This document shows, one piece after another, positions 33,876 to 47,399 of a stretch of DNA of 64,000 nucleotides. Position 1 is the stretch's first letter; each line of letters starts with the position of its first letter. The position numbers were made by a program, and so were the translations under genes. The stretch comes from Escherichia coli. GTDB taxonomy: Bacteria; Pseudomonadota; Gammaproteobacteria; Enterobacterales; Enterobacteriaceae. The notes beneath the pieces were generated by a model. The model was not told the DNA's origin. It worked only from the letters and a program-made list of their open reading frames with translations, and searched no databases. Location of the stretch: NCBI RefSeq assembly GCF_048403405.1, contig NZ_CP183129.1, one strand, 5' to 3'.

Positions 33876-35006
33876 TCAGGAGAAGTAGTTCAACAAAGTC
33901 GCAATTACCGTACGCTGATTGACGGGCGACAGGTTGTAGAACAGCGGCAGGCGCAGCAGGCGCTCACTCTCTTTGGTGGTGTAGCGATCTTCACCGTGGA
34001 ACTCACCAAAGCGTTCCCCCGCAGGGCAACCGTGCAGCGGAATGTAATGGAACACCGCCATGATTTCCGCTTCTTTCAGAAAGTTAATCAACGCGCTCCG
34101 GTCATCAATATCCCGCAGTTTAATGTAGAACATATGCGCGTTCTGCACGCAGCCATCGGGAATCGACGGCAGCTCGATACGCCCGGCTTTCGCCAGAGGT
34201 GCTAACGCATCGTAGTAGTTTTGCCACAGCGCCAGACGTTGCTGATTGATACGATCTGCTGCTTCCAGTTGCGCCCACAGGTACGCAGCTTGCAGATCGG
34301 ACATCAAATAGCTGGAGCCGATATCGCGCCAGGTATATTTATCGACCTGACCACGGAAGAACTGGCTGCGGTTTGTGCCTTTTTCACGGATGATCTCGGC
34401 TCGTTCGATCAACGCTTTATCGTTAATCAGCGTCGCGCCGCCTTCACCGCCCGCCGTGTAGTTTTTGGTTTCATGGAAGCTAAAGCAGCCAATATGACCA
34501 ATGGTTCCCAGTGCACGCCCTTTGTAAGTGGACATCACGCCCTGAGCAGCATCTTCCACCACAAACAGATTATGCTTTTTCGCCAACGCCATAATGGTGT
34601 CCATTTCGCAGGCCACACCCGCGTAATGGACCGGCACGATAACGCGCGTTTTGTCGGTGATCGCTGCTTCAATCAACGTTTCGTCGATGTTCATGGTGTC
34701 CGGGCGAACATCCACAAAAACGATTTTTGCGCCACGCAGCACAAAGGCATTGGCAGTGGAGACAAAGGTGTAGCTCGGCATGATCACTTCATCGCCAGGC
34801 TGGATATCGAGCAGCAGCGCCGCCATCTCCAGCGAAGCGGTGCAGGACGGCGTCAGTAACACTTTGGCGCTGCCAAAACGTTGCTCCAGCCACTGCTGGC
34901 AGCGACGGGTAAAACCGCCATCGCCACACAGTTTGCCACTACCCATTGCCGACTGCATATAGTCGAGTTCGGTTCCCACCACCGGCGGTGCGTTAAATGG
35001 AATCAT
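33876..35006 (-). CDS. wecE: TDP-4-keto-6-deoxy-D-glucose transaminase WecE (DegT family)
   Basis: 376-aa ORF; PLP-aminotransferase features. Confidence 0.92.
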   Translation of the reverse strand: MIPFNAPPVVGTELDYMQSAMGSGKLCGDGGFTRRCQQWLEQRFGSAKVLLTPSCTASLEMAALLLDIQPGDEVIMPSYTFVSTANAFVLRGAKIVFVDVRPDTMNIDETLIEAAITDKTRVIVPVHYAGVACEMDTIMALAKKHNLFVVEDAAQGVMSTYKGRALGTIGHIGCFSFHETKNYTAGGEGGATLINDKALIERAEIIREKGTNRSQFFRGQVDKYTWRDIGSSYLMSDLQAAYLWAQLEAADRINQQRLALWQNYYDALAPLAKAGRIELPSIPDGCVQNAHMFYIKLRDIDDRSALINFLKEAEIMAVFHYIPLHGCPAGERFGEFHGEDRYTTKESERLLRLPLFYNLSPVNQRTVIATLLNYFS

Positions 35007-35010
35007 GTGA

Positions 35011-35685
35011 TCACCTGTATAACCAGTACGCGGTGCTTTCTACATTCGCACCACTTTGTATGTATCGTTTTAGCGCGGCGGTGTTGCCCATTTGGGTCGC
35101 CACCCGCAAAGTTGTTTTACCGCGAGCATACGCCCAGTTTAGCGCCGTTTGCATCAGCTCAGCACCTGCACCTCGTCCAGCCAGCAGGCCAATTCGCGCA
35201 TCTGTCGCATTGAGTTCCCGTAAAGAGACATAGCCGCGAATATCGCCGGACGCCGCACGTAAAATCAGACATTGATGATCAAAGGTGCCGCGCACGGCAT
35301 TTTCAATCCACTGTGCATAAAAGCGTCCGCTGGCGTCAGGCGCATACCACGGCGCACGAAAACGGCTTTGCGCAAATGCGGCGCTGGCTAACTGACGTAA
35401 TGCGGGAATATCGGTCTCTTGTGCCACTACAGCACCACTATCACTGACATTGTTCACGGGTAGCGCCAAATCAACTTCACCTTCTACCAGGGAGAATCCC
35501 AGCTGTTGCAGGGCATCCAGTTCACCCGTATTTGATGCCGCAATTTTGGCCTGTACCCGTGACCACGGCGCTAAGGCGTCTGACGTCAGGAGCGGTGCTT
35601 CAGGCGTGATGCGCACGATGGCGCTGTTAACACCAAAGAAGGCGTTTTCCCAGGTTAGTGGCTCAATACTGGCGCGGAAGGGCAC
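35011..35685 (-). CDS. wecD: TDP-fucosamine acetyltransferase WecD (GNAT)
   Basis: ORF of 224 aa; true start may be further downstream; overlaps rffH 3' end. Confidence 0.85.
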   Translation of the reverse strand: MPFRASIEPLTWENAFFGVNSAIVRITPEAPLLTSDALAPWSRVQAKIAASNTGELDALQQLGFSLVEGEVDLALPVNNVSDSGAVVAQETDIPALRQLASAAFAQSRFRAPWYAPDASGRFYAQWIENAVRGTFDHQCLILRAASGDIRGYVSLRELNATDARIGLLAGRGAGAELMQTALNWAYARGKTTLRVATQMGNTAALKRYIQSGANVESTAYWLYR

Positions 35686-36544
35686 GAAGTAACTCCAGCA
35701 GATATTGGCCGTAGCCAGTTTTCGCCAGCGAGCTGGCGGCGCGCTTCACGCCTTCGTCATCAAGCCAGCCGTTACGCCAGGCGATCTCTTCCAGGCAGGC
35801 AATCTTAAAGCCCTGGCGTTTTTCCACCGTCTGTACAAAGGTGCTGGCTTCAATCAGGCTGTCGTGAGTGCCAGTATCCAGCCAGGCAAATCCGCGCCCG
35901 AGCAGTTCAACGGTCAGGTTGCCCGCCTCGAGGTACATCTGGTTGATGGAGGTAATCTCCAGTTCACCACGCTCCGACGGCTTCACCAGCTTTGCGTACT
36001 CCACGACTTTACTGTCGTAGAAATAAAGCCCGGTCACCGCCCAGTTTGACTTCGGCTGTTTTGGCTTTTCTTCCAGCGAGATAGCGCGGAAATTGTCGTC
36101 AAACTCCACGACGCCAAAGCGTTCCGGATCCATCACCTGATAGCCAAATACCGTCGCGCCTTGCGTGCGCGCCGCAACATGACGCAACTTCGGACTGAAG
36201 CCCTGTCCGAAGAAGATGTTATCGCCCAGCACCAGACAAGAAGGTTCACCGTTGAGGAAGGTTTCACCGATGATAAAGGCCTGCGCCAGACCGTCCGGAC
36301 TGGGCTGTTCGGCATATTCCAGCTGGATACCGAACTCACTACCATCGCCCAGCAGGCGCTGGAAATAACCTTTATCTTCCGGCGTAGTGATGATGAGAAT
36401 TTCGCGGATACCGGCCAGCATCAGCACCGACAGCGGATAGTAAATCATTGGCTTATCGTAAATCGGCAACAGTTGCTTCGATACGCCGCGCGTAATCGGA
36501 TGCAATCGGGTGCCGGAACCGCCCGCCAGGATAATACCTTTCAT
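35663..36544 (-). CDS. rffH: Glucose-1-phosphate thymidylyltransferase RffH
   Basis: 293-aa ORF; N-terminus [18 protein letters not shown]. Confidence 0.94.
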   Translation of the reverse strand: MKGIILAGGSGTRLHPITRGVSKQLLPIYDKPMIYYPLSVLMLAGIREILIITTPEDKGYFQRLLGDGSEFGIQLEYAEQPSPDGLAQAFIIGETFLNGEPSCLVLGDNIFFGQGFSPKLRHVAARTQGATVFGYQVMDPERFGVVEFDDNFRAISLEEKPKQPKSNWAVTGLYFYDSKVVEYAKLVKPSERGELEITSINQMYLEAGNLTVELLGRGFAWLDTGTHDSLIEASTFVQTVEKRQGFKIACLEEIAWRNGWLDDEGVKRAASSLAKTGYGQYLLELLRALPRQY

Positions 36545-36562
36545 GTTTGCCTCCGCTGAAAA

Positions 36563-37630
36563 TTAGCCTTTCAGACCTAAACGCTCGCCCTGATAGCTGC
36601 CGTCCTGCACCTGCTTCCACCAGCTTTCATTAGCCAGATACCACTGCACCGTTTTACGCATTCCACTTTCAAAGGTTTCCTGCGGCAGCCAGCCAAGTTC
36701 ATGGACAATTTTCGAAGCATCAATGGCATAACGCAGATCATGCCCCGGACGGTCAGCGACAAAGGTGATCAGGTCACGATAGTGCGCCACGCCGTGCGGC
36801 TTGTTCGGAGCCAGTTCTTCCAGCAGCTCGCAAATGGTTTCCACAACATCGAGATTCTTACGCTCGTTGTGACCACCAATATTATAGGTTTCACCGACTT
36901 TCCCGGTGGTCGCTACGCAATACAGCGCACGGGCGTGATCTTCAACATACAGCCAGTCACGGATTTGCTGCCCGTTGCCATATACCGGCAGCGGTTTACC
37001 CGCCAGCGCGTTGAGGATCATCAGCGGGATCAGTTTTTCCGGAAAGTGGTAAGGGCCGTAGTTATTCGAGCAGTTGGTGATAAGCGTCGGCAGACCATAG
37101 GTCCGCAGCCAGGCGCGTACCAGATGGTCGCTGCTGGCTTTTGAAGCGGAATAAGGGCTGCTCGGCGCATACGGCGTGGTTTCGGTGAAGAAATCATCCG
37201 TCGAGTGCAGGTCACCATATACTTCGTCGGTGGAAATATGATGAAAACGGAACGCTGATTTTTTATCTTCCGTCAGCGCATTCCAGTAAGTCCGCGCCGC
37301 TTCAAGCAATGTATAAGTCCCGACAATGTTGGTTTCAATAAACGCTGCCGGGCCGTCAATAGAACGGTCAACATGGCTTTCGGCTGCCAGATGCATGACA
37401 CAGTCTGGCTGATGCTCAGTGAATACGCGCGCCAGTTCTGCCCGACCGCAGATATCAACTTTCTCAAAGGCAAAGCGCTCGCTTTGCGCGACCGGTGCCA
37501 GCGACATCAGATTTCCGGCGTAGGTCAGCTTATCGACCACTATCACCGCGTCGCTCGTTTCGTTGATGATATAACGCACCAGCGCTGAGCCAATAAACCC
37601 GGCACCACCTGTTATCAGAATCTTTCTCAT
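36563..37630 (-). CDS. rffG: dTDP-glucose 4,6-dehydratase RffG
   Basis: ORF 36563..37639; start set at [15 protein letters not shown] (355 aa); Rossmann GxxGxxG. Confidence 0.92.
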   Translation of the reverse strand: MRKILITGGAGFIGSALVRYIINETSDAVIVVDKLTYAGNLMSLAPVAQSERFAFEKVDICGRAELARVFTEHQPDCVMHLAAESHVDRSIDGPAAFIETNIVGTYTLLEAARTYWNALTEDKKSAFRFHHISTDEVYGDLHSTDDFFTETTPYAPSSPYSASKASSDHLVRAWLRTYGLPTLITNCSNNYGPYHFPEKLIPLMILNALAGKPLPVYGNGQQIRDWLYVEDHARALYCVATTGKVGETYNIGGHNERKNLDVVETICELLEELAPNKPHGVAHYRDLITFVADRPGHDLRYAIDASKIVHELGWLPQETFESGMRKTVQWYLANESWWKQVQDGSYQGERLGLKG

Positions 37631-38892
37631 CAGCGCCAAACTCCTTTGGCATCGACGACATACTGCTGATGGACATTGTCGCCATTGATAACTTTGAACT
37701 GACTATGATCGACCAGCATCACCAGCACGTCTGCCGTTGCCAGCGCCTCGTCAAGCTGCGCCAGTGTACAAAGCCCGGTCAGTTTTTTCGGCAACTGGTG
37801 GATGTTAGGCTCAACAACCAGCGTTTCGCCGCTGTGCCACTGGGCGATCAGTTCAGCGATTTCCATCGCCGGGCTTTCGCGCAGGTCATCAATATTCGGT
37901 TTAAACGCCAGACCAAAGCAGGCGATTTTCAGTTCACTGGCGCGTTTATCGGTAGCAGCAAGGCAGTCGGCAACCGCCGCTTTCACCTGATCGATAACCC
38001 AGAACGGTTTGTGATCGTTCACTTCGCGCGCAGTACGGATAAGCCGCGCCTGCTGGGGGTTCTGTGCCACGATAAACCACGGATCAACAGCGATGCAGTG
38101 ACCGCCCACGCCAGGGCCAGGCTGAAGAATATTGACGCGAGGGTGGCGATTCGCCAGGCGAATCAGTTCCCAGACGTTAATTCCCTGATCGGCACAAATC
38201 AGCGACAGTTCGTTAGCAAAAGCGATATTCACATCGCGGAAGCTGTTTTCGGTGAGCTTACACATTTCCGCCGTCCGCGAGTTAGTGACGACACACTCAC
38301 CTTCGAGGAAAATTTTGTACAGTTCGCTGGCGCGGGCCGAACAAACCGGCGTCATACCACCAATCACGCGATCGTTTTTAATCAGCTCGACCATTACCTG
38401 GCCCGGTAACACGCGTTCCGGGCAGTAAGCAATGTTGACGTCCGCCTGCTCGCCCACCTGCTGCGGGAAAGTGAGATCTGGACGCATCTCTGCTAACCAT
38501 TCTGCCATCTTCTCGGTTGACCCCACCGGCGAGGTGGATTCAAGGATCACCAGCGCGCCTTTTTTCAGCACTGGCGCAATGGAGCGAGCAGCCGATTCAA
38601 CGTAGGTCATATCTGGCTCATGATCGCCTTTAAACGGCGTGGGTACAGCAATCAGCCAGGCATCCGCTTCAACTGGCGTCGTGCTCGCTCGTAAAAAACC
38701 GCCTTCTACGGCAGTTTTTACTACGCTCGCCAAATCAGGTTCGACGATATGGATTTCGCCACGATTGATGGTATCAACCGCATGTTTGTTGATATCGACA
38801 CCAATCACCTGTTTTTGCCGAGAGGCAAACGCAGCTGCTGTAGGCAGCCCGATGTAACCCAGTCCGATAACAGAAATGGTCGCAAAACTCAT
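37630..38892 (-). CDS. wecC: UDP-ManNAc dehydrogenase WecC
   Basis: 420-aa ORF; N-terminal NAD-binding GLGYIG. Confidence 0.93.
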   Translation of the reverse strand: MSFATISVIGLGYIGLPTAAAFASRQKQVIGVDINKHAVDTINRGEIHIVEPDLASVVKTAVEGGFLRASTTPVEADAWLIAVPTPFKGDHEPDMTYVESAARSIAPVLKKGALVILESTSPVGSTEKMAEWLAEMRPDLTFPQQVGEQADVNIAYCPERVLPGQVMVELIKNDRVIGGMTPVCSARASELYKIFLEGECVVTNSRTAEMCKLTENSFRDVNIAFANELSLICADQGINVWELIRLANRHPRVNILQPGPGVGGHCIAVDPWFIVAQNPQQARLIRTAREVNDHKPFWVIDQVKAAVADCLAATDKRASELKIACFGLAFKPNIDDLRESPAMEIAELIAQWHSGETLVVEPNIHQLPKKLTGLCTLAQLDEALATADVLVMLVDHSQFKVINGDNVHQQYVVDAKGVWR

Positions 38893-40019
38893 AGTGATAT
38901 CCGATTATTTTTTAACGCTTCCAGAATGCGAGAGCATGCCTGACCATCACCATACGGGTTATGGGCGCGGCTCATAGCTTGATATTCGTTTTCGTCTTTT
39001 AAAAGACGCGTCACTTCCTCGACAATTCGCTGCTTATCCGTGCCTACCAGACGCACCGTACCCGCCGTCACCGCTTCCGGACGCTCAGTGGTATCGCGCA
39101 TTACCAGCACCGGTTTCCCCAGCGAAGGCGCTTCTTCCTGAATGCCGCCTGAGTCGGTCAAAATCAGCCAGGCGTGGTTCATCAGCCAGACAAACGGTAA
39201 ATACTCCTGGGGATCGATCAGAATGACATTTTTCACGTGCCCCAGAATGCGATTGACCGGCTCTCTGACGTTCGGGTTGAGATGCACTGGATAGACAATC
39301 TGGATGTCCTGGTGCGTGGTGGCGATGTCTGCCAGCGCATGGCAGATTTCTTCAAAGCCACGACCGAAGCTCTCACGCCTGTGACCGGTCACCAGAATCA
39401 TTTTTTTATTGGGGTCGATAAACGGGTAATTTGCCGCCAGTTCTGAACGCAGCGTATCGCTGCTCATCACCTGGTCACGCACCCATAACAGTGCATCAAT
39501 AACTGTATTACCGGTAATGAAGATTCGGCTGTCAGCAACATTTTCACGCAGCAAGTTTTGCCGGGAAGTTTCGGTTGGAGAGAAGTGATACATCGCCAGA
39601 TGCCCGGTCAATGTACGGTTAGCCTCTTCCGGCCACGGCGAATAGAGATCGCCCGTGCGCAGACCAGCCTCAACGTGACCAACAGGAATACGCTGATAAA
39701 ACGCCGCCAGGCTGGTTGCCAGCGTCGTCGTAGTATCGCCGTGAACCAGCACGACGTCTGGTTTGAACTCGGCAAGAATTGGTTTTAGCCCTTCCAGAAT
39801 CCGACAGGTTATCTCTGTCAGGCCCTGTCCTGGCTGCATTATGTTGAGATCGTAGTCAGGTACAATGGAAAAGAGTTTCAGCACCTGATCGAGCATCTCC
39901 CGATGCTGCGCAGTGACGCAAACTTTAGCCTCAAAAAAAGGATCTTTTGCCAACGCATGCACCAACGGAGCCATCTTGATGGCTTCCGGGCGCGTACCAA
40001 ATACAGTCAGTACTTTCAC
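38889..40019 (-). CDS. wecB: UDP-GlcNAc 2-epimerase WecB
   Basis: ORF 38889..40061; GTG start at 40019 ([15 protein letters not shown]) gives 376 aa as in K-12. Confidence 0.92.
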   Translation of the reverse strand: MKVLTVFGTRPEAIKMAPLVHALAKDPFFEAKVCVTAQHREMLDQVLKLFSIVPDYDLNIMQPGQGLTEITCRILEGLKPILAEFKPDVVLVHGDTTTTLATSLAAFYQRIPVGHVEAGLRTGDLYSPWPEEANRTLTGHLAMYHFSPTETSRQNLLRENVADSRIFITGNTVIDALLWVRDQVMSSDTLRSELAANYPFIDPNKKMILVTGHRRESFGRGFEEICHALADIATTHQDIQIVYPVHLNPNVREPVNRILGHVKNVILIDPQEYLPFVWLMNHAWLILTDSGGIQEEAPSLGKPVLVMRDTTERPEAVTAGTVRLVGTDKQRIVEEVTRLLKDENEYQAMSRAHNPYGDGQACSRILEALKNNRISL

Positions 40020-40074
40020 ATCGATTCTCTTCGAATAAGCGGCGAGCGCCTTTGCGCTCACCGCAGCAGTGTTG

Positions 40075-41121
40075 CTATTTCGAGCAACGGCGGGTTAATG
40101 CGACACCAGCCCCGATCAGCCCCCCGACAATGCCCCACATAATCATCAGGAAGGCACGACGTGGGCTATCGCGTTTTACCGGTTCTTCCGGCGTACGCAA
40201 ATAGCGATAGGTCTGAAAACGCGGATCCAGGGTTGGACCAACATTCAGGGTGTTTAACATGGCCCGATTCTGATCATAGTCGAGATCAAAGGCCGGACCG
40301 ACGGCCTGTAAATTTTCCAGTCGAGCCTGGAGCATTGGACGCCCAAGCAGGAACATTTCTGAATCAGGCAATTCCTCGGCAGGCACATCTGTCGCACTGC
40401 GCGAAATATTATGCTGCTCAGCAATTTTCAGCGCCTGTTCAATACTGTTCATCCGGCGGTCGTAGATGGCTTTCGCCACCTCTTCCTGACGCTTCACCTG
40501 TGCTTTCATCTGGATGGTACGCGCCGCCCATGCGCCTTTCAGCTCATCATTCAGATGGCTGGCTGCACGCTGGCTGGCAAAAGCAACATACTGACGTAAC
40601 AGGTTATTAGCGTCAGGCGCGGTTTCGGCAATCAGCTTCACGCTGTCATTGATCGCGCGGGTAAAGTCTCCGGGGATAAACTGGATGTTGTTGATCATTT
40701 CATCCAGCAACGCCGCATCGGCTTTGCTGTTGCCCACCATCCGCTGCTTGTAATAGTCGGTTTGCAGCCAGAACTCTCTGCGGGTATCCCACGAGGCCAG
40801 TTGCATAACAAACTCTTTATAGGCTTCGTCCATGACCGATGGTTGGTCGGCAGAAGCCATGTTTGAACGGACATCCAGGTTACGCAAAAATTGCTGCTGT
40901 GAGTAATATCCCCCCAGCATATTCACCGTTGGACGATCGGTAATCGCCGTCGAGCTCCACTCCTGACGAGCAAAAAAAGTATACGCCAGCGCGATTAACG
41001 CAAACGCCAGCCCCATGCCAATAATCCATAGCTTCCCAGCCCACAAGGTACGAAACAACCCACGAATATCCAGTTCATTTTCAGCGTCTTCGGCCGGTTT
41101 CCCAGGCATTGGTTGTGTCAT
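40075..41121 (-). CDS. wzzE: ECA chain-length regulator WzzE
   Basis: ORF 40075..41124; start at second Met ([14 protein letters not shown]), 348 aa. Confidence 0.92.
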   Translation of the reverse strand: MTQPMPGKPAEDAENELDIRGLFRTLWAGKLWIIGMGLAFALIALAYTFFARQEWSSTAITDRPTVNMLGGYYSQQQFLRNLDVRSNMASADQPSVMDEAYKEFVMQLASWDTRREFWLQTDYYKQRMVGNSKADAALLDEMINNIQFIPGDFTRAINDSVKLIAETAPDANNLLRQYVAFASQRAASHLNDELKGAWAARTIQMKAQVKRQEEVAKAIYDRRMNSIEQALKIAEQHNISRSATDVPAEELPDSEMFLLGRPMLQARLENLQAVGPAFDLDYDQNRAMLNTLNVGPTLDPRFQTYRYLRTPEEPVKRDSPRRAFLMIMWGIVGGLIGAGVALTRRCSK

Positions 41122-41132
41122 CACATCCTCAT

Positions 41133-42236
41133 TTATTTGGTTAAATTGGGGCTGCCACCACGATTTCTACGCAGTCTGCGTTTTACGCGCTTAATAAAGC
41201 GAGCAACTTTCCAGGCACGCTTAATGCAATATCCATAGAGGAAGAATGCTAGCAAAAAGAGCACCAGCATGACCCACTCCGGGACAAAATGAGAATATTC
41301 TGCCAGCACCCCAATGGAGGCGAGCAGAGCTGCGGCAAGGGTAATCAGCACAAACGCCTGGCGGGAAGTAAACCCGGCACGCATGATCAAATGGTGAATA
41401 TGCTGGCGATCAGGAGAGAACGGACTCATGCCTTTACGCAGGCGACGGTACATAATCGCCACCATATCCATTAGCGGAATGGCGATTATCCACAAAGCGG
41501 TAACCGGGCTGATGGGATGGGTTTTGCCCTGGGTCGTTTCGAGCAGGATCCAGATAACGGTAAAACCAATCAGCGTACTGCCCGCATCACCCATAAAGAC
41601 TTTGTAGCGGCGACCCAGGATACCAAGGTTAAGCATGATGTATGGCAGGATGGCGGCGATCATCGCAAAACACCAGATTGCAAGGCTGGTTTGCCCGTCG
41701 AACCACAAAATCATACCGATTGCTGCAAACGAGACGCAGGACAACCCGCCCAGCAAGCCATCAATGCCATCAACCATGTTGAACGCATTAATGGCCGCCC
41801 AGACGGCAAATAGCGTCAGGAAGTAGCCAAACGGTCCGAGCACCATCTCCCAGGAGCCAAAGATATAACCCAGGCTACTGAGATAAAGTTTGCCGAACAC
41901 CATCATAACAATGCCAACAGCGGCCTGTATGGTGGCACGGATTTTTACGCTGATATCAAAACGGTCATCCAGCGCGCCAATGAAAACAAGCACACCGGCA
42001 CAAGCGAGATAGAGAGATGCATGCGGAATATAGTAATCGACAATTCCGAACGTGAAGCAAATCCCTGCGTAGACCGAAATCCCCCCAACGAGAGGTATCA
42101 ATCCCTGGTGACGTTTGCGGAAGTTAGGTTTATCCACTAAACCGACTTTTTTTGCCACCTTACGGGCAAAAAACAGAAACAGTGTCGTGAATAAAAAAAT
42201 ACTGATGAGATCAGTACTCACTGTCAGTAAATTCAC
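41133..42236 (-). CDS. wecA: UDP-GlcNAc:undecaprenyl-phosphate GlcNAc-1-phosphate transferase WecA (Rfe)
   Basis: 367-aa polytopic membrane ORF. Confidence 0.93.
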   Translation of the reverse strand: MNLLTVSTDLISIFLFTTLFLFFARKVAKKVGLVDKPNFRKRHQGLIPLVGGISVYAGICFTFGIVDYYIPHASLYLACAGVLVFIGALDDRFDISVKIRATIQAAVGIVMMVFGKLYLSSLGYIFGSWEMVLGPFGYFLTLFAVWAAINAFNMVDGIDGLLGGLSCVSFAAIGMILWFDGQTSLAIWCFAMIAAILPYIMLNLGILGRRYKVFMGDAGSTLIGFTVIWILLETTQGKTHPISPVTALWIIAIPLMDMVAIMYRRLRKGMSPFSPDRQHIHHLIMRAGFTSRQAFVLITLAAALLASIGVLAEYSHFVPEWVMLVLFLLAFFLYGYCIKRAWKVARFIKRVKRRLRRNRGGSPNLTK

Positions 42237-42418
42237 AATGCATGCTCTCAGAGAAAAATATTAGCAGAAGTATAACCACGAAGGCCATTATTCAGAAGGG
42301 AAACTCTGCTCTGAACCCACCAACCTTGTGCAAAAAAAAACCACGTGATTCGTGTTATGCGCAATAAACAAACATAACTCGTATTTGTTATAACGCCGTT
42401 AAGATTACAGATATAAAA

Positions 42419-42448
42419 ACAAAACGCCACGTAAACACGTGGCGTTTT
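42419..42448 (-). terminator. rho intrinsic terminator
   Basis: AAAACGCCACGTAAACACGTGGCGTTTTT palindrome just downstream of rho stop. Confidence 0.7.
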
Positions 42449-42463
42449 TGGCATAAGACAAAT

Positions 42464-43723
42464 TTATGAGCGTTTCATCATTTCGAAGAAATCGTCATTG
42501 GTCTTGGTCATTGCCAGTTTATTAATGAGGAATTCCATTGCATCGATTTCGCCCATCGGGTGAATGATTTTGCGCAGGATCCACATTTTCTGCAGTTCTT
42601 CCTGAGTAGTGAGCAGCTCTTCTTTACGGGTACCGGAACGGTTGTAGTCGATTGCCGGGAAGACGCGTTTTTCAGCGATCTTACGAGAGAGGTGCAGTTC
42701 CATGTTGCCTGTACCTTTAAACTCTTCGTAGATAACTTCGTCCATCTTGGAACCGGTATCGATAAGCGCGGTAGCGATGATGGTCAGGCTGCCGCCCTCT
42801 TCCACGTTACGCGCCGCACCGAAGAAGCGTTTCGGACGATGCAGGGCGTTGGCATCCACACCACCGGTCAGCACTTTACCTGACGCCGGAACAACGGTGT
42901 TGTAAGCGCGCGCCAGACGAGTGATGGAGTCGAGCAGAATGATAACGTCTTTCTTGTGCTCAACCAGGCGTTTCGCCTTCTCGATCACCATTTCCGCAAC
43001 CTGAACGTGGCGAGATGCGGGTTCGTCAAAGGTAGAAGCAACAACTTCACCTTTAACCAGACGCTGCATCTCGGTTACTTCTTCCGGACGTTCGTCGATC
43101 AGCAGAACCATCAGTACGCAATCCGGGTGGTTGTAAGCAATGCTCTGAGCAATGTTCTGCAGCAGCATGGTTTTACCGGCTTTCGGCGGTGCCACAATCA
43201 GACCACGCTGACCACGACCGATAGGTGATGCCAGATCCAGTACGCGAGCGGTTAAATCTTCCGTAGAACCGTTACCACGTTCCATACGCAGACGAGAGTT
43301 TGCGTGCAGCGGGGTTAAGTTCTCAAAGAGGATTTTGTTGCGGGCGTTTTCAGGTTTGTCGAAGTTAACTTCGTTAACTTTCAGCAGCGCAAAATAGCGT
43401 TCACCTTCTTTCGGCGGGCGAATCTTACCAGAGATGGTATCACCAGTGCGGAGGTTGAAACGGCGGATTTGGCTAGGGGAAACGTAGATGTCATCAGGAC
43501 CGGCGAGGTAGGAGCTGTCTGCGGAACGGAGGAAACCAAATCCATCCTGCAATATCTCCAGTACGCCATCACCAAAGATATCTTCGCCACTCTTTGCGTG
43601 CTGCTTCAGGATGGCAAAAATAATGTCCTGCTTACGCATACGAGCCAGGTTTTCCAGCCCCATATTTTCGCCGAGAGTGATCAGCTCAGAAACCGGCGTA
43701 TTCTTTAATTCGGTAAGATTCAT
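42464..43723 (-). CDS. rho: Transcription termination factor Rho
   Basis: ORF 42464..43795; start at [14 protein letters not shown] (419 aa). Confidence 0.97.
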
Positions 43724-43807
43724 AGTGGTGTGAGTTCTTAAACTTGGGGTAAATCTCGAACTTAATGTTGTGAATGGTATGGCAGGATCATCCATGCCTG
43801 TTTACGG

Positions 43808-43909
43808 TCATCGACTCATGTCTTTTCGCTGCCTGGTCACAGGAGAGTACGCAGAACTGAAACGACAAGACGGATTGAGTGACAAACCAGAAATCTGTTC
43901 ACTTCGCAT
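43808..43909 (-). CDS. rhoL: rho operon leader peptide RhoL
   Basis: Revcomp translates MRSEQISGLSLNPSCRFSSAYSPVTRQRKDMSR (33 aa) upstream of rho. Confidence 0.8.
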   Translation of the reverse strand: MRSEQISGLSLNPSCRFSSAYSPVTRQRKDMSR

Positions 43910-44047
43910 TAGATAAAACGGGAAGCGTTGGATATTACAAGATTCAAACTTAATAAGGTAAGTTTAATACGAAGTCAACATTAAGTTAGCATGGCTCACG
44001 CCGGGCGTCCAGTTTTTAGCGACGGGGCACCCGAACATGAAATTCCC

Positions 44048-44377
44048 TTACGCCAGATTAGCGTCGAGGAACTCTTTCAACTGACCTTTAGACAGTGCGC
44101 CCACTTTGGTTGCCGCCACTTCACCGTTTTTGAACAGTAGCAGAGTCGGGATACCGCGGATGCCATATTTCGGCGCAGTGCCAGGGTTTTGATCGATGTT
44201 CAGTTTTGCAACGGTCAGTTTGCCCTGATATTCGTCAGCGATTTCATCCAGAATCGGGGCGATCATTTTGCACGGACCGCACCACTCTGCCCAGAAATCG
44301 ACGAGGATCGCCCCGTCCGCTTTGAGTACATCCGTGTCAAAACTGTCGTCAGTCAGGTGAATAATTTTATCGCTCAT
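44048..44377 (-). CDS. trxA: Thioredoxin 1
   Basis: ORF 44048..44482; start at [13 protein letters not shown] (109 aa); WCGPC active site. Confidence 0.97.
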
Positions 44378-44507
44378 ATTTAACTCCACAGGAATAAGCC
44401 TGGCGTGTTGGTTTCGTTGTTGGTGTAACATTAACCAACTAAAGGTTGACTTTATTTCACCGGATACGCTTTCGTAAAGCAATAGTAAGCTGATATTCTA
44501 CCACACT

Positions 44508-45773
44508 ATGAGCAAAACACATTTAACAGAACAGAAGTTTTCCGACTTCGCCCTGCATCCGAAGGTTGTAGAAGCCCTTGAAAAAAAAGGGTTTCATAAC
44601 TGTACGCCCATTCAGGCACTGGCCCTTCCGCTGACGCTGGCGGGTCGTGACGTAGCCGGGCAGGCGCAAACCGGTACCGGAAAAACGATGGCGTTTCTTA
44701 CGTCAACGTTTCATTATCTTCTCTCTCATCCCGCGATTGCCGATCGCAAGGTGAATCAACCGCGTGCCTTAATTATGGCACCGACGCGTGAACTTGCCGT
44801 GCAGATCCATGCCGACGCAGAACCGCTGGCGGAAGCTACTGGCCTGAAGCTGGGTCTGGCTTACGGTGGTGATGGCTACGACAAACAGCTGAAAGTGCTG
44901 GAAAGCGGCGTTGACATTCTGATTGGCACCACGGGTCGTTTAATTGACTACGCCAAGCAGAACCACATTAACCTCGGTGCCATTCAGGTAGTGGTACTGG
45001 ACGAAGCCGATCGTATGTACGATCTGGGCTTTATTAAAGATATCCGCTGGCTGTTCCGCCGTATGCCGCCTGCAAACCAGCGCCTCAACATGCTGTTCTC
45101 CGCCACGCTTTCGTACCGGGTACGTGAACTGGCGTTCGAGCAGATGAACAATGCCGAATATATTGAAGTGGAACCGGAACAGAAAACGGGCCACCGTATT
45201 AAAGAAGAGCTTTTCTACCCTTCTAACGAAGAAAAAATGCGTTTGCTGCAAACGCTGATCGAAGAAGAGTGGCCAGACAGAGCGATTATTTTCGCCAACA
45301 CCAAACACCGTTGTGAAGAGATCTGGGGCCACCTGGCGGCAGATGGTCATCGTGTCGGTTTGTTGACAGGCGATGTCGCGCAGAAAAAACGTCTGCGTAT
45401 TCTTGATGAATTTACCCGTGGGGATCTGGATATTCTGGTTGCCACCGACGTTGCCGCGCGTGGCCTGCATATCCCGGCTGTGACGCACGTCTTTAACTAC
45501 GATTTACCCGATGACTGTGAAGATTACGTTCACCGTATTGGTCGTACAGGTCGTGCAGGCGCAAGTGGTCATTCCATCAGCCTGGCATGTGAAGAGTATG
45601 CATTGAATTTGCCTGCTATTGAGACCTATATTGGTCACTCAATTCCGGTAAGCAAATACAATCCGGACGCATTGATGACCGATCTGCCTAAACCGCTGCG
45701 CCTCACGCGCCCGCGCACAGGCAATGGTCCGCGTCGTACTGGCGCTCCGCGTAATCGTCGTCGTTCAGGTTAA
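44508..45773 (+). CDS. rhlB: ATP-dependent RNA helicase RhlB (DEAD-box)
   Basis: 421-aa ORF; motifs [15 protein letters not shown]; C-terminal R-rich tail. Confidence 0.95.
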
Positions 45774-45908
45774 ATAAAAAATGTCATACTCAAAATCATT
45801 CAAACTGTATCAAGATGGCCAGAGAATGAACCCCGATGAGCTTACTGTAGTAAGTGATTCAGGTGAAAGAATGCAGCCAACACAGAGACAGATTGAAGGA
45901 TGAAGAGT

Positions 45909-47393
45909 ATGGGTTCCACCTCGTCGCTGTATGCAGCCATTGATCTCGGTTCGAATAGTTTTCATATGCTGGTTGTGCGCGAGGTGGCTGGAAGCATCCA
46001 GACGCTGACGCGAATTAAACGCAAAGTGCGTCTGGCTGCTGGCCTGAATAGCGAAAATGCCCTCTCTAATGAAGCAATGGAGCGCGGTTGGCAATGTCTG
46101 CGCCTGTTTGCTGAACGTCTGCAAGATATCCCTCCCTCGCAAATTCGCGTTGTCGCTACGGCGACATTACGACTTGCCGTCAATGCGGGTGATTTTATTG
46201 CCAAAGCACAGGAAATCCTCGGTTGTCCGGTACAGGTGATCAGCGGTGAAGAGGAAGCACGTCTGATTTATCAGGGCGTTGCTCACACAACTGGCGGTGC
46301 CGATCAGCGCCTGGTGGTGGATATAGGCGGTGCCAGTACTGAACTGGTAACCGGCACGGGTGCACAAACCACCTCGTTGTTCAGCCTGTCGATGGGCTGT
46401 GTCACCTGGCTGGAACGCTATTTTGCCGATCGTAATCTGGGGCAGGAAAATTTTGATGCTGCAGAAAAAGCGGCACGCGAAGTGTTACGTCCGGTTGCCG
46501 ATGAATTACGGTATCACGGCTGGAAAGTGTGCGTTGGCGCTTCCGGCACCGTGCAGGCGTTACAGGAAATCATGATGGCACAGGGGATGGATGAACGCAT
46601 TACCCTGGAAAAGTTGCAGCAACTGAAACAGCGAGCCATTCATTGCGGTCGGCTGGAGGAACTGGAGATTGACGGGCTGACGCTGGAACGTGCGTTAGTG
46701 TTCCCGAGTGGTCTGGCAATCCTGATAGCCATTTTTACCGAACTGAATATTCAGTGTATGACCCTGGCGGGTGGTGCGCTGCGTGAAGGCCTGGTCTACG
46801 GCATGTTGCATCTGACCGTCGAGCAGGATATTCGCAGCCGTACGCTGCGTAATATTCAGCGCCGCTTTATGATCGATATTGATCAGGCACAGCGCGTAGC
46901 CAAAGTTGCGGCTAACTTCTTCGATCAGGTGAAAAACGAATGGCATCTTGAAGCAATAAGCCGCGATTTGCTCATCAGCGCCTGCCAGCTTCATGAAATC
47001 GGCCTGAGCGTTGACTTCAAACAAGCGCCGCAACACGCTGCTTATCTGGTACGTAATCTGGATCTTCCCGGTTTTACCCCCGCACAGAAAAAACTGCTGG
47101 CGACGCTACTGCTCAACCAGACGAATCCGGTCGATCTCTCATCGCTGCATCAGCAAAATGCCGTACCGCCGCGCGTCGCAGAACAACTCTGCCGCTTACT
47201 TCGCCTGGCCATCATTTTTGCCAGCCGTCGCCGTGACGATCTCGTGCCAGAGATGACATTACAGGCTAACCATGAACTGTTGACCTTGACGCTTCCGCAA
47301 GGTTGGCTAACCCAACATCCGCTCGGTAAAGAGATTATTGCTCAGGAAAGCCAGTGGCAGAGCTATGTCCACTGGCCGCTGGAAGTGCATTAA
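45909..47393 (+). CDS. gppA: Guanosine pentaphosphate phosphohydrolase GppA
   Basis: ORF 45900..47393; start at [19 protein letters not shown] (494 aa). Confidence 0.94.
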   Translation: MGSTSSLYAAIDLGSNSFHMLVVREVAGSIQTLTRIKRKVRLAAGLNSENALSNEAMERGWQCLRLFAERLQDIPPSQIRVVATATLRLAVNAGDFIAKAQEILGCPVQVISGEEEARLIYQGVAHTTGGADQRLVVDIGGASTELVTGTGAQTTSLFSLSMGCVTWLERYFADRNLGQENFDAAEKAAREVLRPVADELRYHGWKVCVGASGTVQALQEIMMAQGMDERITLEKLQQLKQRAIHCGRLEELEIDGLTLERALVFPSGLAILIAIFTELNIQCMTLAGGALREGLVYGMLHLTVEQDIRSRTLRNIQRRFMIDIDQAQRVAKVAANFFDQVKNEWHLEAISRDLLISACQLHEIGLSVDFKQAPQHAAYLVRNLDLPGFTPAQKKLLATLLLNQTNPVDLSSLHQQNAVPPRVAEQLCRLLRLAIIFASRRRDDLVPEMTLQANHELLTLTLPQGWLTQHPLGKEIIAQESQWQSYVHWPLEVH

Positions 47394-47399
47394 TGAGTA

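Noticed and set aside
42248-42454. 68-aa ORF between wecA and rho
   Set aside because: It overlaps the rho terminator palindrome and wecA promoter region, with no SD and implausible composition; likely non-coding.
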